NCBI GenBank assembly: GCA_027592325.1
Contig: JAQCKO010000004.1
Span: 192-64,191 of the forward strand
DNA: 64,000 bases
Reading direction: 5' to 3'
Source: a bacterium
Lineage (GTDB): Bacteria > Patescibacteriota > Patescibacteriia > UBA9934
The position numbers and the translations under genes are program-made. Positions 31,572 to 41,825 of this stretch are shown piece after piece. How positions within the stretch are numbered: the stretch's first letter is position 1; each line of letters begins with the position of its first letter. The notes under the pieces were generated by a model that was not told the DNA's origin, ran no database searches, and was given only the letters and a program-made list of their open reading frames with translations.

Positions 31572-33683
31572 CTATAGAGCCTCCTCAGGATATTCAATCG
31601 TTCCACCCGAGCGAAGAACCCGCAGGCGCTCAAGAACAACAGGATTCTCTGGCAATCGCTCTGCTAGATACTCAACTGCTTCAATCGCTGCATTTTTATC
31701 GCCAAGAATCTCATGCACAGCGGAAAGGTACCAGTAACTATCTAATTCTCCCGCTCCACCGCGCTGAATTACGGTAAGAAAAGCGTCTTTTGCTGGCAGA
31801 TATTCTTTTTGTTCAAGATACAAGAGCCCAAGTTCAAAATGGACCTCTGATACCGTCGGATACCTTTTAACAAGCCGTTCCAATGCTTCAATAGCACCGT
31901 TAATGTCTCCATCTTCTGCCATCACAACCGCTGAGCGATACAGCGCCGGAAGATACGCTGGTAAAAGCCTCAGAGCTTCCTGCAGTGCAGCGCGCTCTGC
32001 TTCACGCAGTGTCTGTTGAACAGCTGCATCATCAATACGTGCGGATACCGTGCCGTACTGAAGTGCCAGCTCAGTCCAAAGGCGCGGATTATGCGGTGCA
32101 GCCTTAACCGCATCTTCAAGCACGGAAGCAGCAATTTCATCTGTTCCTTCAACATACGTACTCATTTGAGTATAAACGCGCGCAATGGCTTCAAGTTGCC
32201 TCCGGTTGTTCTTCACGGCATCCCCATAGTGAAGCGCCGCAATAATCGCCTCAACATCACTCGCATATACAGAGGCATCTTCTGTGGTTGTCATGTCTTT
32301 CTGTAGGTTTTGTTCTATACGCGCGGCATAGGCAATGGAGCGATTCATATCGTACGGACTGAATGTCCGAAGCCAACCTGCAGAACTATACGCCCCAATG
32401 ATGACTCCGAGCCCACCAGATATCTGTGCAATGAGAAGCAATACTGACACGGCACCGGTCATTACAGTTGGCAAACGACCCCTTGCGGGTTTCGATTCGA
32501 GCACGCGATCGAATGTAAGAACGAGCAGAAAAACGAATACGATGTAACTGAAGCTGTTTGACGGATACAACCAAAGAGAAAGAAAGAAAAGCGTTAAAGC
32601 GAGTGGTGCAGCATATTCTGTTGTTCTGTGATGATGGCGCCAAACTTCAATCAGAATGAAAATGCATGTTAGCAAAAAGAGCAACGTTCCGAGAATCCCG
32701 TACTGGGGCAAAATCGTAAGAACGTGGCTAGTCAGACGATCAAAAGCAAGGTCCCAGATTGGTGTCTGATTAATCTCGCCCGGTCTATACAAATCATACA
32801 ATGCTCCATATGAGCCTCCCCCTGCACCGAATAACCACGATGTATGAGCGAGCGATTCTGTGGCAACCTGCATGGCGATATTAGCATGCGGAGTAATCTC
32901 GATTGGGAAGAATGTAGGGACGGGACTGCGTGCAAAGAAAAAGATCGCAACAATCAGGATAAATGAAATGACTCCCGTAAGGATGACATCAGAAAGCCAT
33001 TTTCGGTAAAGTACGGCAAATACAAGTGCGCCCACGCCGGCTAGAACCCACATCACCTGTGCATCAAGAGAAAAAAGAGAAACGCCTACAACGATGCTGC
33101 TCACGGCAGATACTGCTCGCTCGCATCGTTGTGCAACGGATGATTGTGCCCTGCCTTGCGAAACATCTCGCCCAAACCCATAGAAGGTCATAATGAGGAG
33201 GACCCCAATCAAGCTTATTGGAGTGATTGAAAACGCGGGTCCCCCTAACATCTGAATGACAAGTGCGACACTGAGCACAAGTTGCAAGAGCCGAATCACA
33301 ACAGGAAGCGCACGCGATTTTGCCTCCGAGGGAAGCGACGCAAGAGAGAAGAGGTATACCCCCACCGAAGCGGTGAAGATAAGGCTCAAATGACCTGACC
33401 TTCCAATCGCTACAACGCTCTCAAACGGAGTAATCGAGGTGATAGTTGAAACAACGAGCGAAAGGAAAAAGAGACTTGCCGGGAGCAGCCACCATCCGTG
33501 AAGCGGGAATTTTCGCTCGAACCTGAATGTGTATGCAAAGAGTGCGAGTGATCCGAGCGTAAAAACTGTGAGAGCAGCCGTATCTGCAATCGCGCGGGGC
33601 AATACAAGCGCGCAAAGCGGTGCAAGTGCTCCAATGCCAATTAAAAACCATTCAGCAATTTTTACCTGTTTCATGTTCTTCAT
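31572..33683 (-). CDS. polytopic membrane protein, O-antigen ligase/polymerase-like, with C-terminal TPR repeats
   Basis: About 10 hydrophobic helices in the N-terminal 400 aa and TPR-like A/L/Y-rich repeats in the C-terminal 250 aa. Confidence 0.55.
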   Translation of the reverse strand: MKNMKQVKIAEWFLIGIGALAPLCALVLPRAIADTAALTVFTLGSLALFAYTFRFERKFPLHGWWLLPASLFFLSLVVSTITSITPFESVVAIGRSGHLSLIFTASVGVYLFSLASLPSEAKSRALPVVIRLLQLVLSVALVIQMLGGPAFSITPISLIGVLLIMTFYGFGRDVSQGRAQSSVAQRCERAVSAVSSIVVGVSLFSLDAQVMWVLAGVGALVFAVLYRKWLSDVILTGVISFILIVAIFFFARSPVPTFFPIEITPHANIAMQVATESLAHTSWLFGAGGGSYGALYDLYRPGEINQTPIWDLAFDRLTSHVLTILPQYGILGTLLFLLTCIFILIEVWRHHHRTTEYAAPLALTLFFLSLWLYPSNSFSYIVFVFLLVLTFDRVLESKPARGRLPTVMTGAVSVLLLIAQISGGLGVIIGAYSSAGWLRTFSPYDMNRSIAYAARIEQNLQKDMTTTEDASVYASDVEAIIAALHYGDAVKNNRRQLEAIARVYTQMSTYVEGTDEIAASVLEDAVKAAPHNPRLWTELALQYGTVSARIDDAAVQQTLREAERAALQEALRLLPAYLPALYRSAVVMAEDGDINGAIEALERLVKRYPTVSEVHFELGLLYLEQKEYLPAKDAFLTVIQRGGAGELDSYWYLSAVHEILGDKNAAIEAVEYLAERLPENPVVLERLRVLRSGGTIEYPEEAL

Positions 33684-33697
33684 AGAGAAAGTGTACC

Positions 33698-36600
33698 CTA
33701 TTCGATCGTAGAATCCTCGGGTCCTGCATCTTCTTCTGAAGCATCACCTGCTTCATCAGCAGGCGCATCAGCGATTTCCTCTGCAGAGAATGGGGTATCT
33801 CGTCCATCCGCTATCTCTTCTGTCACGGGCACCTCCGGCGATTCCACTTCACTTGGATCAGCGGGAGCAGATTCAAGCATTGTCTCGCTGGCAGGGACAG
33901 CAATCAACAGCCAATCAACTTGTACACTCGCAATGTCGTCGGTCTTTAACGTGAATCCATCGACGGTCTTGTTTGCAACATAAATTCGCGCGGAGACATC
34001 TTGCGGCGTCGCAATAACGCGATACTCATACCCACCAGCTAGGACATCGGCGAATTCAGGCCAATCACTCAAAAGCGCAACAAAATACTCACCACCTTCA
34101 AGTGTCGACGAGCCACTGAGTTGTAACTGTTCCTCTGCAGCCACAACTGTTTCAAGCGCAATAAGCGCACCACTTGCTCCTTGAACCTCGCGCACAAAAC
34201 GGTTCCGCGTACGTACCGTTCCGTCGTCATCGAGACTCCAAAGAAAAGCGAGATGCGAGACATTTGTCGCCCCCTCTACAATTGATGTCGCAGAAGCGAG
34301 TGATGTAGGCGCAGAAATGTTATCTCGATCAACAAAGGCAATGATAGCATCGAGCGTAGAAGACGATGCTTCTAGGGCATAACCGGCAATCATCCCACCT
34401 TCTATTGCCTTTGCTGCATAGCCAGGATGTATCTTTGATGCTGCGAGAGGATCGCCAATTGCAATTGGTCCATTTTCTTCCGAAACCTTCACTGGTACAC
34501 GCCCTGCGAGCGCAATTGGCATATGTCCAGCAATATTATCTCCCGCAAGGAATCCCGGTTGTGTGCTCACGATGCCCGCAATCACTTCTCGGTCCGCACC
34601 CGTCGATTTTCGCACAGACTCTGGTCGAGATCCAAAAACAACGACATCCCCTGCAGCAAGAGTATCTTCTGCCGGGAACATTTCGGCAAAATCATATGAA
34701 CCCGATCCCCAGCCAGAGGCATTCGTGCGCATAAAATCACCACCAACACCTTCTGATCCATCGTAAAAAATGTATTTCTCATTCTGCCGCGTTCCTGTAT
34801 CAGATGGATAGAGCCGCCCGCCAAGGTACACATCACCCGATTCAGAAAGCGCGAAGGCGTCATCGAAACTTGTCGAGCTCACCGATAGCTCATAATTGGC
34901 GCTATCGGTGATACTGGTGCTGATATCGAATCCTCGATGCACACTTGTTCCGTCCCAAGCGGCTCCGCGGAGTGAAAGCGCATATGAATCGAAATTCGAA
35001 TCACTCGGTGATGCCTCCCCCATAGGGACAAAAGTAAAATTCCCGGCAAATTTCCCTTCACCAGAATCGGACGCAATCATTGTTCCCGCATGGAAGCCTG
35101 GATCGATATAAATCAAAATAGTACCGTCACCGCTTGCATGGGCCTCAAGGGCGCGACCAATGGCCTCACCCGGACCCGTAAGTTTCTGCAGGCGCCCTGC
35201 CTCAGCTGAAAGCGTCAGATAGTCTCCGGCGGTAATACTTCCTTCCGCAGCTGTCACATGCGCTGGCACCTGACCAAGAAGCGCAACAGGAACCCATCCG
35301 CCATCTTCTTTCCAGTCCGGCCGCCAATTCCCGAGCGTATTCGGCGCAATCGAAAGCGCCCCAATCATTTCTTCGGCTGTCTCGGCAAGCTTTATGTTGC
35401 CATCATTTCCAAGCCCAAGAATATCTCCTTCCGAAAAATCGGTGTACGTTCCAGGAAATAGCTCGGCATAGTCAGAACCGCCCGAAGCCGCCGTGACGCC
35501 TCCTGCTCCATCGCCCTCAATCGCCCCAATCACGGTTCCATTTCCGTCACGGAATTCAAGCAGATTACATCCCGTGGTTGGATTTGTGTCTAGGCAGGCT
35601 TGAATCGAAATTCCTTCATTCGTATCGGCACCACCATCACTGAAAAATTCAGCGATGAAGCCCGTTGTCCCCGCTGAAGCAACATTCAGTGCCGTTGCAT
35701 CGCCGTCTTGATCAATTTCAAGGGCATTTCCTGTCCCTGCATTTTGAATGAAGATAATATCACCGGTTGCATCGGTAAAGTTTTGATCAAAGTAGCCTAG
35801 CGAACCAGTCCAGTTAATGGTTCCTGATGTTTCTATCCCATTTGTGGACACATCAATCATGTGGCCAGAAACCGTCAAGGTAGTCGCACCGTCATTCACG
35901 GTAAGGTTTTGATCAATATCGAAACCAGATCCTGACAAGCCCGTGGTACTTGTATACGTACCTGTATCGTTTATATCGAACAAATCACCCGCCGCACGTG
36001 CAGCTGTATTCTGAAGAAACTGCACAGCAGCTGTTGTAGATAATGAGTCGATATACAAACCAGAAGAATCACCATTCACGTCTACAAATATCGCCGGATC
36101 GGCTGCCGTGGCATCGCTTCGAACATTCAACACGCTCTGTGTCGCAGAAGCGTTATCAAGATAAAAGTTCGTAAGCGGCGCGGCCGTTGTAGAAGCGTTT
36201 GAATATACGGTAAGACCATAGTGCTGATTATCCGTATTATTGATATGTAACGCACCCCCTGTTGTTGCACCCACCGACACACCGGTATTTTGCTCCTGGT
36301 CAATGAGAAGTGAGGGCCCTGATGAAAGGCTGTTGATTGTAAAGGCCGCCCCAGCCGTATCGGGGGAGTAGTCAATCGTCGTGTCCTCGTTCACCGCAAA
36401 GAACAAAGCACCTCCTTCCTTTACATTAAAATCCCCTGTACTTTGTAGGTCAATCACAAAATCACTGCCGTCGTCTAGAGAAAATACAAGGTCAGATCCC
36501 GTCACATTAAGAATCTTGTCCGTTGCTGAAAAGATTTGATCAAAATCAAAATCTTCAGAAGAAATTCCATCAAGTGTATCGGCATTCAGAGCATATGGAG

Positions 36601-37039
36601 CAGCTGCCATCCGCTTTCGGGGCGTCAGCGCCTCACCTTCAACCGTGACTTGCAAATAAAGATCGGCATTGTCGCCAAAAATACTGTCGCCAATCGCGGC
36701 ATAACCATCTCCCGTTTCTCCAAGATTTTCTGCAAAAAGGCCGTCCGTAAGCGTCACCGAAATCGCCGTTGCCGTTGCACAGCTCGCCGATGAATTTGAC
36801 CATACACAGCTTCCACCAGATGAAGCGTCATACAGTTCAAAAATCATATCAACCGATGCATCCGCCACCGGAACACCTGAGCTATTCAAAATGCGTCCTT
36901 GATAATTCACCACATTCGGTGCAGACGCCGCGCGCGCACTATTTTGTGAGCTAAAAAGAAACAGGCTTGAAACGAAAAGCATGCACATCAATAGTGCACT
37001 AAAAACTATGCGAACGGTTGCGAGAGCAGCTTGAGCCAT
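33698..37039 (-). CDS. giant secreted/cell-surface protein (about 1110 aa) with acidic C-terminus
   Basis: Signal peptide MAQAALATVRIVFSALLMCMLFVSSLFLFSSQNSARAAS (start at 37039 preferred over 37087); Gly/Ser/Thr/Asp-rich repeats; two DYAELFP / DFAEMFP motifs; no TM anchor. Confidence 0.6.
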   Translation of the reverse strand: MAQAALATVRIVFSALLMCMLFVSSLFLFSSQNSARAASAPNVVNYQGRILNSSGVPVADASVDMIFELYDASSGGSCVWSNSSASCATATAISVTLTDGLFAENLGETGDGYAAIGDSIFGDNADLYLQVTVEGEALTPRKRMAAAPYALNADTLDGISSEDFDFDQIFSATDKILNVTGSDLVFSLDDGSDFVIDLQSTGDFNVKEGGALFFAVNEDTTIDYSPDTAGAAFTINSLSSGPSLLIDQEQNTGVSVGATTGGALHINNTDNQHYGLTVYSNASTTAAPLTNFYLDNASATQSVLNVRSDATAADPAIFVDVNGDSSGLYIDSLSTTAAVQFLQNTAARAAGDLFDINDTGTYTSTTGLSGSGFDIDQNLTVNDGATTLTVSGHMIDVSTNGIETSGTINWTGSLGYFDQNFTDATGDIIFIQNAGTGNALEIDQDGDATALNVASAGTTGFIAEFFSDGGADTNEGISIQACLDTNPTTGCNLLEFRDGNGTVIGAIEGDGAGGVTAASGGSDYAELFPGTYTDFSEGDILGLGNDGNIKLAETAEEMIGALSIAPNTLGNWRPDWKEDGGWVPVALLGQVPAHVTAAEGSITAGDYLTLSAEAGRLQKLTGPGEAIGRALEAHASGDGTILIYIDPGFHAGTMIASDSGEGKFAGNFTFVPMGEASPSDSNFDSYALSLRGAAWDGTSVHRGFDISTSITDSANYELSVSSTSFDDAFALSESGDVYLGGRLYPSDTGTRQNEKYIFYDGSEGVGGDFMRTNASGWGSGSYDFAEMFPAEDTLAAGDVVVFGSRPESVRKSTGADREVIAGIVSTQPGFLAGDNIAGHMPIALAGRVPVKVSEENGPIAIGDPLAASKIHPGYAAKAIEGGMIAGYALEASSSTLDAIIAFVDRDNISAPTSLASATSIVEGATNVSHLAFLWSLDDDGTVRTRNRFVREVQGASGALIALETVVAAEEQLQLSGSSTLEGGEYFVALLSDWPEFADVLAGGYEYRVIATPQDVSARIYVANKTVDGFTLKTDDIASVQVDWLLIAVPASETMLESAPADPSEVESPEVPVTEEIADGRDTPFSAEEIADAPADEAGDASEEDAGPEDSTIE

Positions 37040-37061
37040 GAAGTTCTTTCTTGTGCATGTA

Positions 37062-39593
37062 TTATACCGCACCAGAATCCTTCCCAAGAATTACATGCAC
37101 AGTGACAAATTGCGCACCGTTATTTTTTGAATAATCAATTTTATCCGTCGTCTTTGTTCCAAGTTGTTTATCTTCTACACGCAAATAGTACGTATTCGGC
37201 CCCACCAAAAATGCGAATCGCCCCTTTGCGTCTGTAATCGTACTTTCAATCAGTTTATTAAACTTTGGCTCAAAAAGCCGCACAACGGCTCCCTTCACCG
37301 GTTTTCCATTTGGCCCGTACACATAACTAAATGATGGGCGCCTTACCGGCCGAATGAGAGCCTTTGTGATGACATAAACAAGCAGCTGAACACCTACAAG
37401 ACCGAGGCTAAGCATATTCTGGGTGATCAAAAACACATAGAACGAAATCATTACACCAGAAATAGCGACGGTGTGCTGAAGTACACGTAGGAGCATTCCA
37501 AAACGCATACGATGCTTAGACTGTATCTCCTTCTGTGGATCAGCCGGGATTTGTTTGGCGATAATTGGATTTTCTACTGCGACAGAAATGGGGTTGCCAA
37601 GATAGACATCGTCCCACGGTCCGTCTTTGGCGACCTTGACGATTTGTGACGGTGCGATAAATCCTGGCTTTTGCACAATAAGGCGATACTCGCCGGGCGC
37701 AATGTGAAAGAAGTAGCGTCCTGATCGATCGGTCACTTTTGATCGCAGTAAGGTACCCTCGGTCGAAAGAAGCCGGACCGTCGCAAGATCGAGCGGTAAT
37801 TTTGTCGCGCTATTGTAGACCGTTCCAAACGCGTATTTTCTCCGGCGCGCGATGAATAAAATTGGAGCCGAAAGAATATATTGTAAAAACGCAAATAACT
37901 GAAAACTTGATCCAAGTACCGCCGCACTCGTCACGATCGCACCAACCGCTACCGGCGTCGCAATCGCTGCCGTCTCTTTTGCAATTTCTGTCGCGCGAAA
38001 ATCCTCCACAAAATCACGAAGCTCTTCCACTCCTGCCGCAATAGGCTCAAGGATGACATCTTCAAACACCTCGGGGACAAACGGAATGGCAATTTCCGCC
38101 TTAAGGAGACGAATAGAAGGTGCGAGAATATTATTTCGAACCCGTACGTCTATCTCACGTTCTGAAAGATCAGCACGCGATGCAAAAACACGATAGCTGC
38201 CGTTTGGGACGTAAAGGCCGAACACTCCATCTGCATCCACTGTATTTAACATCTCCTCCCCGCTTGCGTTCAAAATACGAAGCGAAACATCTTGTACCAG
38301 CTGCTCCTGACTACCTCGACCCGAAATGATCGCGCCAAAAGGCACCACCGAAAAACGCGCGGAAGATTCAACAACCTGTCCTGTTGTATATTCCGCTACC
38401 GCAATAAGTGTTTGTTCCTGTTTTGGAAGAATGCTTGTCTGAAATGGGCTATCGAGCTCTATTTCACGTCCATCATAGAGAATGCGTAGCGATGTAAGCG
38501 CCGTCGGCCGGTCGGGAAGGATTTGTAGAATGAGCGGCTGAGCGTCGAGAACAGCATACGAACCTTGCTGAGGAATGAGTGCAAGATCAAGATTAACTGC
38601 CATAATCTCAATGCTTGGCGCCGCGTATCTTTCTGCTGCTGCACCAGTATCACCATCCTGACCTTCTGCACCTCCCCCTGTATTCTCAGAGAGTTCCTGA
38701 TCTTGAGTGGCATCAACGAGATCGCCTTCTACAGGGTCTGCCGGATCTTCAGGCGCGGTGTCTTCTTCGGTACCCACTGTATCCTCCTCGCTAGAATCGT
38801 CGACAACGTCTTCGGGATCCGCAGGTTCTGCAGGATCGTCTGGATCGGTAGGATCAATAGGATCGACAATCTCTTCAGGGTCTGTTAGATCTTCGGGATC
38901 TGTTGGGTCTGGATCAATATCTTCGTCTCCTTCTCCATCATCGACGGGTGAATCTCCTCCATCACCGATCCCGCTGCAGCAGCTACCTCCTCCGCCTCCT
39001 CCGCCTCCTCCGGCTCCGCCTGATGCGTCAGGAATCGTTCCAGAAACAGTTCCTTCACTCGATGAAACAATCGGAATCACAATGCTTCCTGTATCACCGA
39101 ATGTTCCTCCAAGCTGAAGATAGTACGAGCCAATTGATGCCGGATTTGTTAGCCTGTCCTCCCCCGTCCCTCCTGCCGTTGCATGTCGTCCAATTTCAAT
39201 CTGAATACTACTCCCCGCGGCAATGGCTCCGCCGTCCCCACTACAAACAGTGAAGGTGAAGGTGGTTACCTCCACTCCCGATGCTTGTGTCATGCTCGCC
39301 TCCTCGCTACCGGAACAGTCCGTCGCAAGTGTTAAATCGATGCCATCGTCCGCCATGTCTACATCGCTCACGTCAATACCTTCAAAATCTGTGAATGCAT
39401 TTGGAAATGCTAATGTGAGCGTGTCTCCCTCATCTACATTCGCCGTATTCGTAAGGATAACCGTGTGATTCGATAGCGCCGACGCCGTCAACGAGCTCGG
39501 GAGATCGTAAAAATCACTCACCGTTGCTGCAATAGCATTGGTTGGTGCAATAAGGAGCCCAAATATCGTGAGTGAGGCGAGTAACCGTTTCAT
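37062..39593 (-). CDS. secreted membrane-anchored protein with poly-Gly/Cys and Pro-Asp-rich linker plus carboxypeptidase-regulatory-like beta-sandwich domains
   Basis: Signal peptide MKRLLASLTIFGLLIAPTNAIAA; GGGGGGGGSCCSGIGDGG then PDPTDPEDLTDPEE acidic proline repeats; three TM segments; GTVYNSATKLPLDLATVRLLSTEGTLLRSKVTDRSGRYFFHIAPGEYRL and KGAVVRLFEP ... DAKGRFAFLVGPNTYYL resemble CarboxypepD_reg domains. Confidence 0.55.
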   Translation of the reverse strand: MKRLLASLTIFGLLIAPTNAIAATVSDFYDLPSSLTASALSNHTVILTNTANVDEGDTLTLAFPNAFTDFEGIDVSDVDMADDGIDLTLATDCSGSEEASMTQASGVEVTTFTFTVCSGDGGAIAAGSSIQIEIGRHATAGGTGEDRLTNPASIGSYYLQLGGTFGDTGSIVIPIVSSSEGTVSGTIPDASGGAGGGGGGGGGSCCSGIGDGGDSPVDDGEGDEDIDPDPTDPEDLTDPEEIVDPIDPTDPDDPAEPADPEDVVDDSSEEDTVGTEEDTAPEDPADPVEGDLVDATQDQELSENTGGGAEGQDGDTGAAAERYAAPSIEIMAVNLDLALIPQQGSYAVLDAQPLILQILPDRPTALTSLRILYDGREIELDSPFQTSILPKQEQTLIAVAEYTTGQVVESSARFSVVPFGAIISGRGSQEQLVQDVSLRILNASGEEMLNTVDADGVFGLYVPNGSYRVFASRADLSEREIDVRVRNNILAPSIRLLKAEIAIPFVPEVFEDVILEPIAAGVEELRDFVEDFRATEIAKETAAIATPVAVGAIVTSAAVLGSSFQLFAFLQYILSAPILFIARRRKYAFGTVYNSATKLPLDLATVRLLSTEGTLLRSKVTDRSGRYFFHIAPGEYRLIVQKPGFIAPSQIVKVAKDGPWDDVYLGNPISVAVENPIIAKQIPADPQKEIQSKHRMRFGMLLRVLQHTVAISGVMISFYVFLITQNMLSLGLVGVQLLVYVITKALIRPVRRPSFSYVYGPNGKPVKGAVVRLFEPKFNKLIESTITDAKGRFAFLVGPNTYYLRVEDKQLGTKTTDKIDYSKNNGAQFVTVHVILGKDSGAV

Positions 39594-40372
39594 GAACGTC
39601 GTTTAGACACCATGATACCAGTTAAGAGAAAAAAGATGAGCATAACCTGCGTGACATGCGGTCGCACAATCAGTTTCGTGATTCGAGAGGGCCCAGCGGT
39701 ATACGTAATGCGTGTCAGGCCAAATATCCCCGTTGTGAGAGGTGCTTCTGTAATAAAAATGCGCTCCGAATCCGGTAATACCCGGCGATCAGATTGATTC
39801 ACAGCATCTGTACGTAGCGTGCGTCCAAGCACCGATGTCTGCACGAGTCCGCCAGATGGAATGACAAGTCCGTCACCCGTATTTCTCCAGATGGATTCTG
39901 CATAAATTGTTGCGTGTTGCGCCGACACGGCAAGACTTGCAACAACTGGAACTCCCATCGCTGATCCCGATGTGAAAAAAATAAGGCTTGCTATTGCCTC
40001 TTCAACAATCACTCCAGTACCGTTTCCTTGGTTAGTAACGAGTAGCGCCAGCGAATACAAACCTTCCGGTACAAGGCCTGGAGTAATGATGACACGCCTT
40101 TCCTCCCCTGGCTGAAGCAAGAACGTTGTAGTGTCGATGGTCGCAACATCCTGTGCTGGGCCAAGAAAGCGTACTGAACCTGTGGCAGCGTCAATTTCCA
40201 CGATTTCAATAGATGCTTCATATGTTTCAACAGAATCCGATGTATTACGAATCTGAATATGCACCTCTTCCCCACTTGTGTTCACCGAATTTGGTTCAAG
40301 CTCAAAAGCGAGTACCTGCGCTGGGAGGAAAAATAACGCTCCAATAAGTATGAACTTAGAAATCCCCCACAT
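39590..40372 (-). CDS. secreted protein with C-terminal TM anchor
   Basis: Signal peptide MWGISKFILIGALFFLPAQVLA; C-terminal hydrophobic helix VMLIFFLLTGIMV then KRRS. Confidence 0.5.
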   Translation of the reverse strand: MWGISKFILIGALFFLPAQVLAFELEPNSVNTSGEEVHIQIRNTSDSVETYEASIEIVEIDAATGSVRFLGPAQDVATIDTTTFLLQPGEERRVIITPGLVPEGLYSLALLVTNQGNGTGVIVEEAIASLIFFTSGSAMGVPVVASLAVSAQHATIYAESIWRNTGDGLVIPSGGLVQTSVLGRTLRTDAVNQSDRRVLPDSERIFITEAPLTTGIFGLTRITYTAGPSRITKLIVRPHVTQVMLIFFLLTGIMVSKRRS

Positions 40373-41258
40373 AAACTAGGGTTATGGCGTGCGAATACGT
40401 ACCAGATGTCGCTGCACTGCTTATGCCAACCTTCAGATCAAGAAATGCGCGCGCCGAAAGTGTCGCACCACTTCCTTCAGCGACTTTTTGATAGGTGTTC
40501 GTAATGGCTGTGTCTTCCGTGTCAAACGTAGAATCAGTAATCGATGCGTCTGAAGACCGCGCACCGTACTCGTCTACACCCGCTGACACAGCTCCATCAA
40601 CAACATCAGCGATCTCATATGCCCCATTCGTTAATCCTCCTCCTTCCCCGATATAAATATTGAATCCGTCATCATTATCGGAATCAACCTCCATGGCAAT
40701 AATGGCACGTGCCACCGCCCCCACTGTTAACGTACCAAAATCGAGAGACGTTGCATCAAGGACATACGCCCTATCGCCAGAACCGTCGATGATCGGCATT
40801 GCCCCTGAACTTGTCCAGCCATCAACCGTAATGTCGCCATCTACGACTGAAATTACCTCTCCAAAGGCAAATACAGGCGACGACAGCTCGTCTTGAACGA
40901 GAAGTGCCTTATCACCAACGGAAAAATCCGTTGTACTAGTAGCGGTAAATGTTGTAGACGAGAGTGCCGTCACGCCCACTTGCGTCGTTCTATTCTGTAA
41001 ATAGGTTGAAAATCCTGCTACCTGATCAAACACTGCTGCGCTGCGTCCACTTTGCTCAATATAGGCGTCACTTGATCCATTACCGATAGCACTTTGCCCT
41101 ATTGTGTCGCGAACAATATATGAACCAGAGCTGCTTGTTGTATCGCCACCAGCAGATATCGCGTCATTCCGAATGATGTAATTCGTCGATGTCATATCGG
41201 CAGCCGAGACCACTCCGGGCACAATCAGCACGACGAGTAAGAAGATAAGTTTGCGCAT
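40356..41258 (-). CDS. secreted Ser/Thr/Gly/Asp-rich protein
   Basis: Signal peptide MRKLIFLLVVLIVPGVVSA (internal Met preferred over the ORF-track start at 41300). Confidence 0.5.
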   Translation of the reverse strand: MRKLIFLLVVLIVPGVVSAADMTSTNYIIRNDAISAGGDTTSSSGSYIVRDTIGQSAIGNGSSDAYIEQSGRSAAVFDQVAGFSTYLQNRTTQVGVTALSSTTFTATSTTDFSVGDKALLVQDELSSPVFAFGEVISVVDGDITVDGWTSSGAMPIIDGSGDRAYVLDATSLDFGTLTVGAVARAIIAMEVDSDNDDGFNIYIGEGGGLTNGAYEIADVVDGAVSAGVDEYGARSSDASITDSTFDTEDTAITNTYQKVAEGSGATLSARAFLDLKVGISSAATSGTYSHAITLVYVGDF

Positions 41259-41352
41259 ACCCGCATATTTTAGCATTTGTTGTGGGTCACTAGAACGCAA
41301 ACCATTGATTCTGATTCATACTGAGGTGTTCAGCGAAAAATTGCCTTACATT

Positions 41353-41466
41353 CGTGGATTTTTTTCTATTGAACACGGATTTTAATTTGCATTTTTCAGG
41401 CTGTGGATAAGTATAGTATCTGTGGATTGATCATTCATCTGGTCTTTTGTCTACGCTAGCGTAGAC
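41353..41466 (+). promoter_or_regulatory. cluster of DnaA-box-like 9-mers plus an 18-bp perfect palindrome upstream of the surface-protein operon
   Basis: cgtggattt (41353), tgtggataa (41402-41410, perfect complement of TTATCCACA), tgtggattg (41421-41429), then gtctacgctagcgtagac palindrome (41449-41466); further tgtgga-type motifs to 41640. Confidence 0.4.
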
Positions 41467-41696
41467 AAGGTTATATTTCGTTTCACATGAAATCGTAACC
41501 CATCTACCCTCTTTCTGACACATGACATGGCCTACATTCGGCGCTGTGGAGTACGTCTTAGGTGCACCCGTACCTCGTCCACACATGTGCAGTTATCACT
41601 TTCCCAAAACTCACAGCATCATTAACGCTCATCACGGTGGGTTTCTTTCTCCCTTTGACCCAACCCTTTCAAAACGCACAATGACACAATAGGCTC

Positions 41697-41773
41697 TGGT
41701 GGCCCTGGAAGGAGTCGAACCTTCAACCTTATCCTTAGGACGGATCTGCTCTATCCAATTGAGCTACAGGACC
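41697..41773 (-). tRNA. tRNA-Arg (CCT), CCA encoded
   Basis: Reverse complement GGTCCTGTAGCTCAATTGGATAGAGC ... anticodon loop gTCCTAa ... GGTTCGACTCC ... CAGGGCCACCA. Confidence 0.8.
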
Positions 41774-41825
41774 TTTCACATGAAACAGCTGACAAAAACA
41801 GGTGCAGATGGCATACTAGAGGCCT

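Noticed and set aside
37062-37087. 26-nt overlap between the 1129-aa and 843-aa surface ORFs
   Set aside because: Resolved by choosing the internal Met at 37039 (signal-peptide start) for the downstream gene. Not a real overlap.
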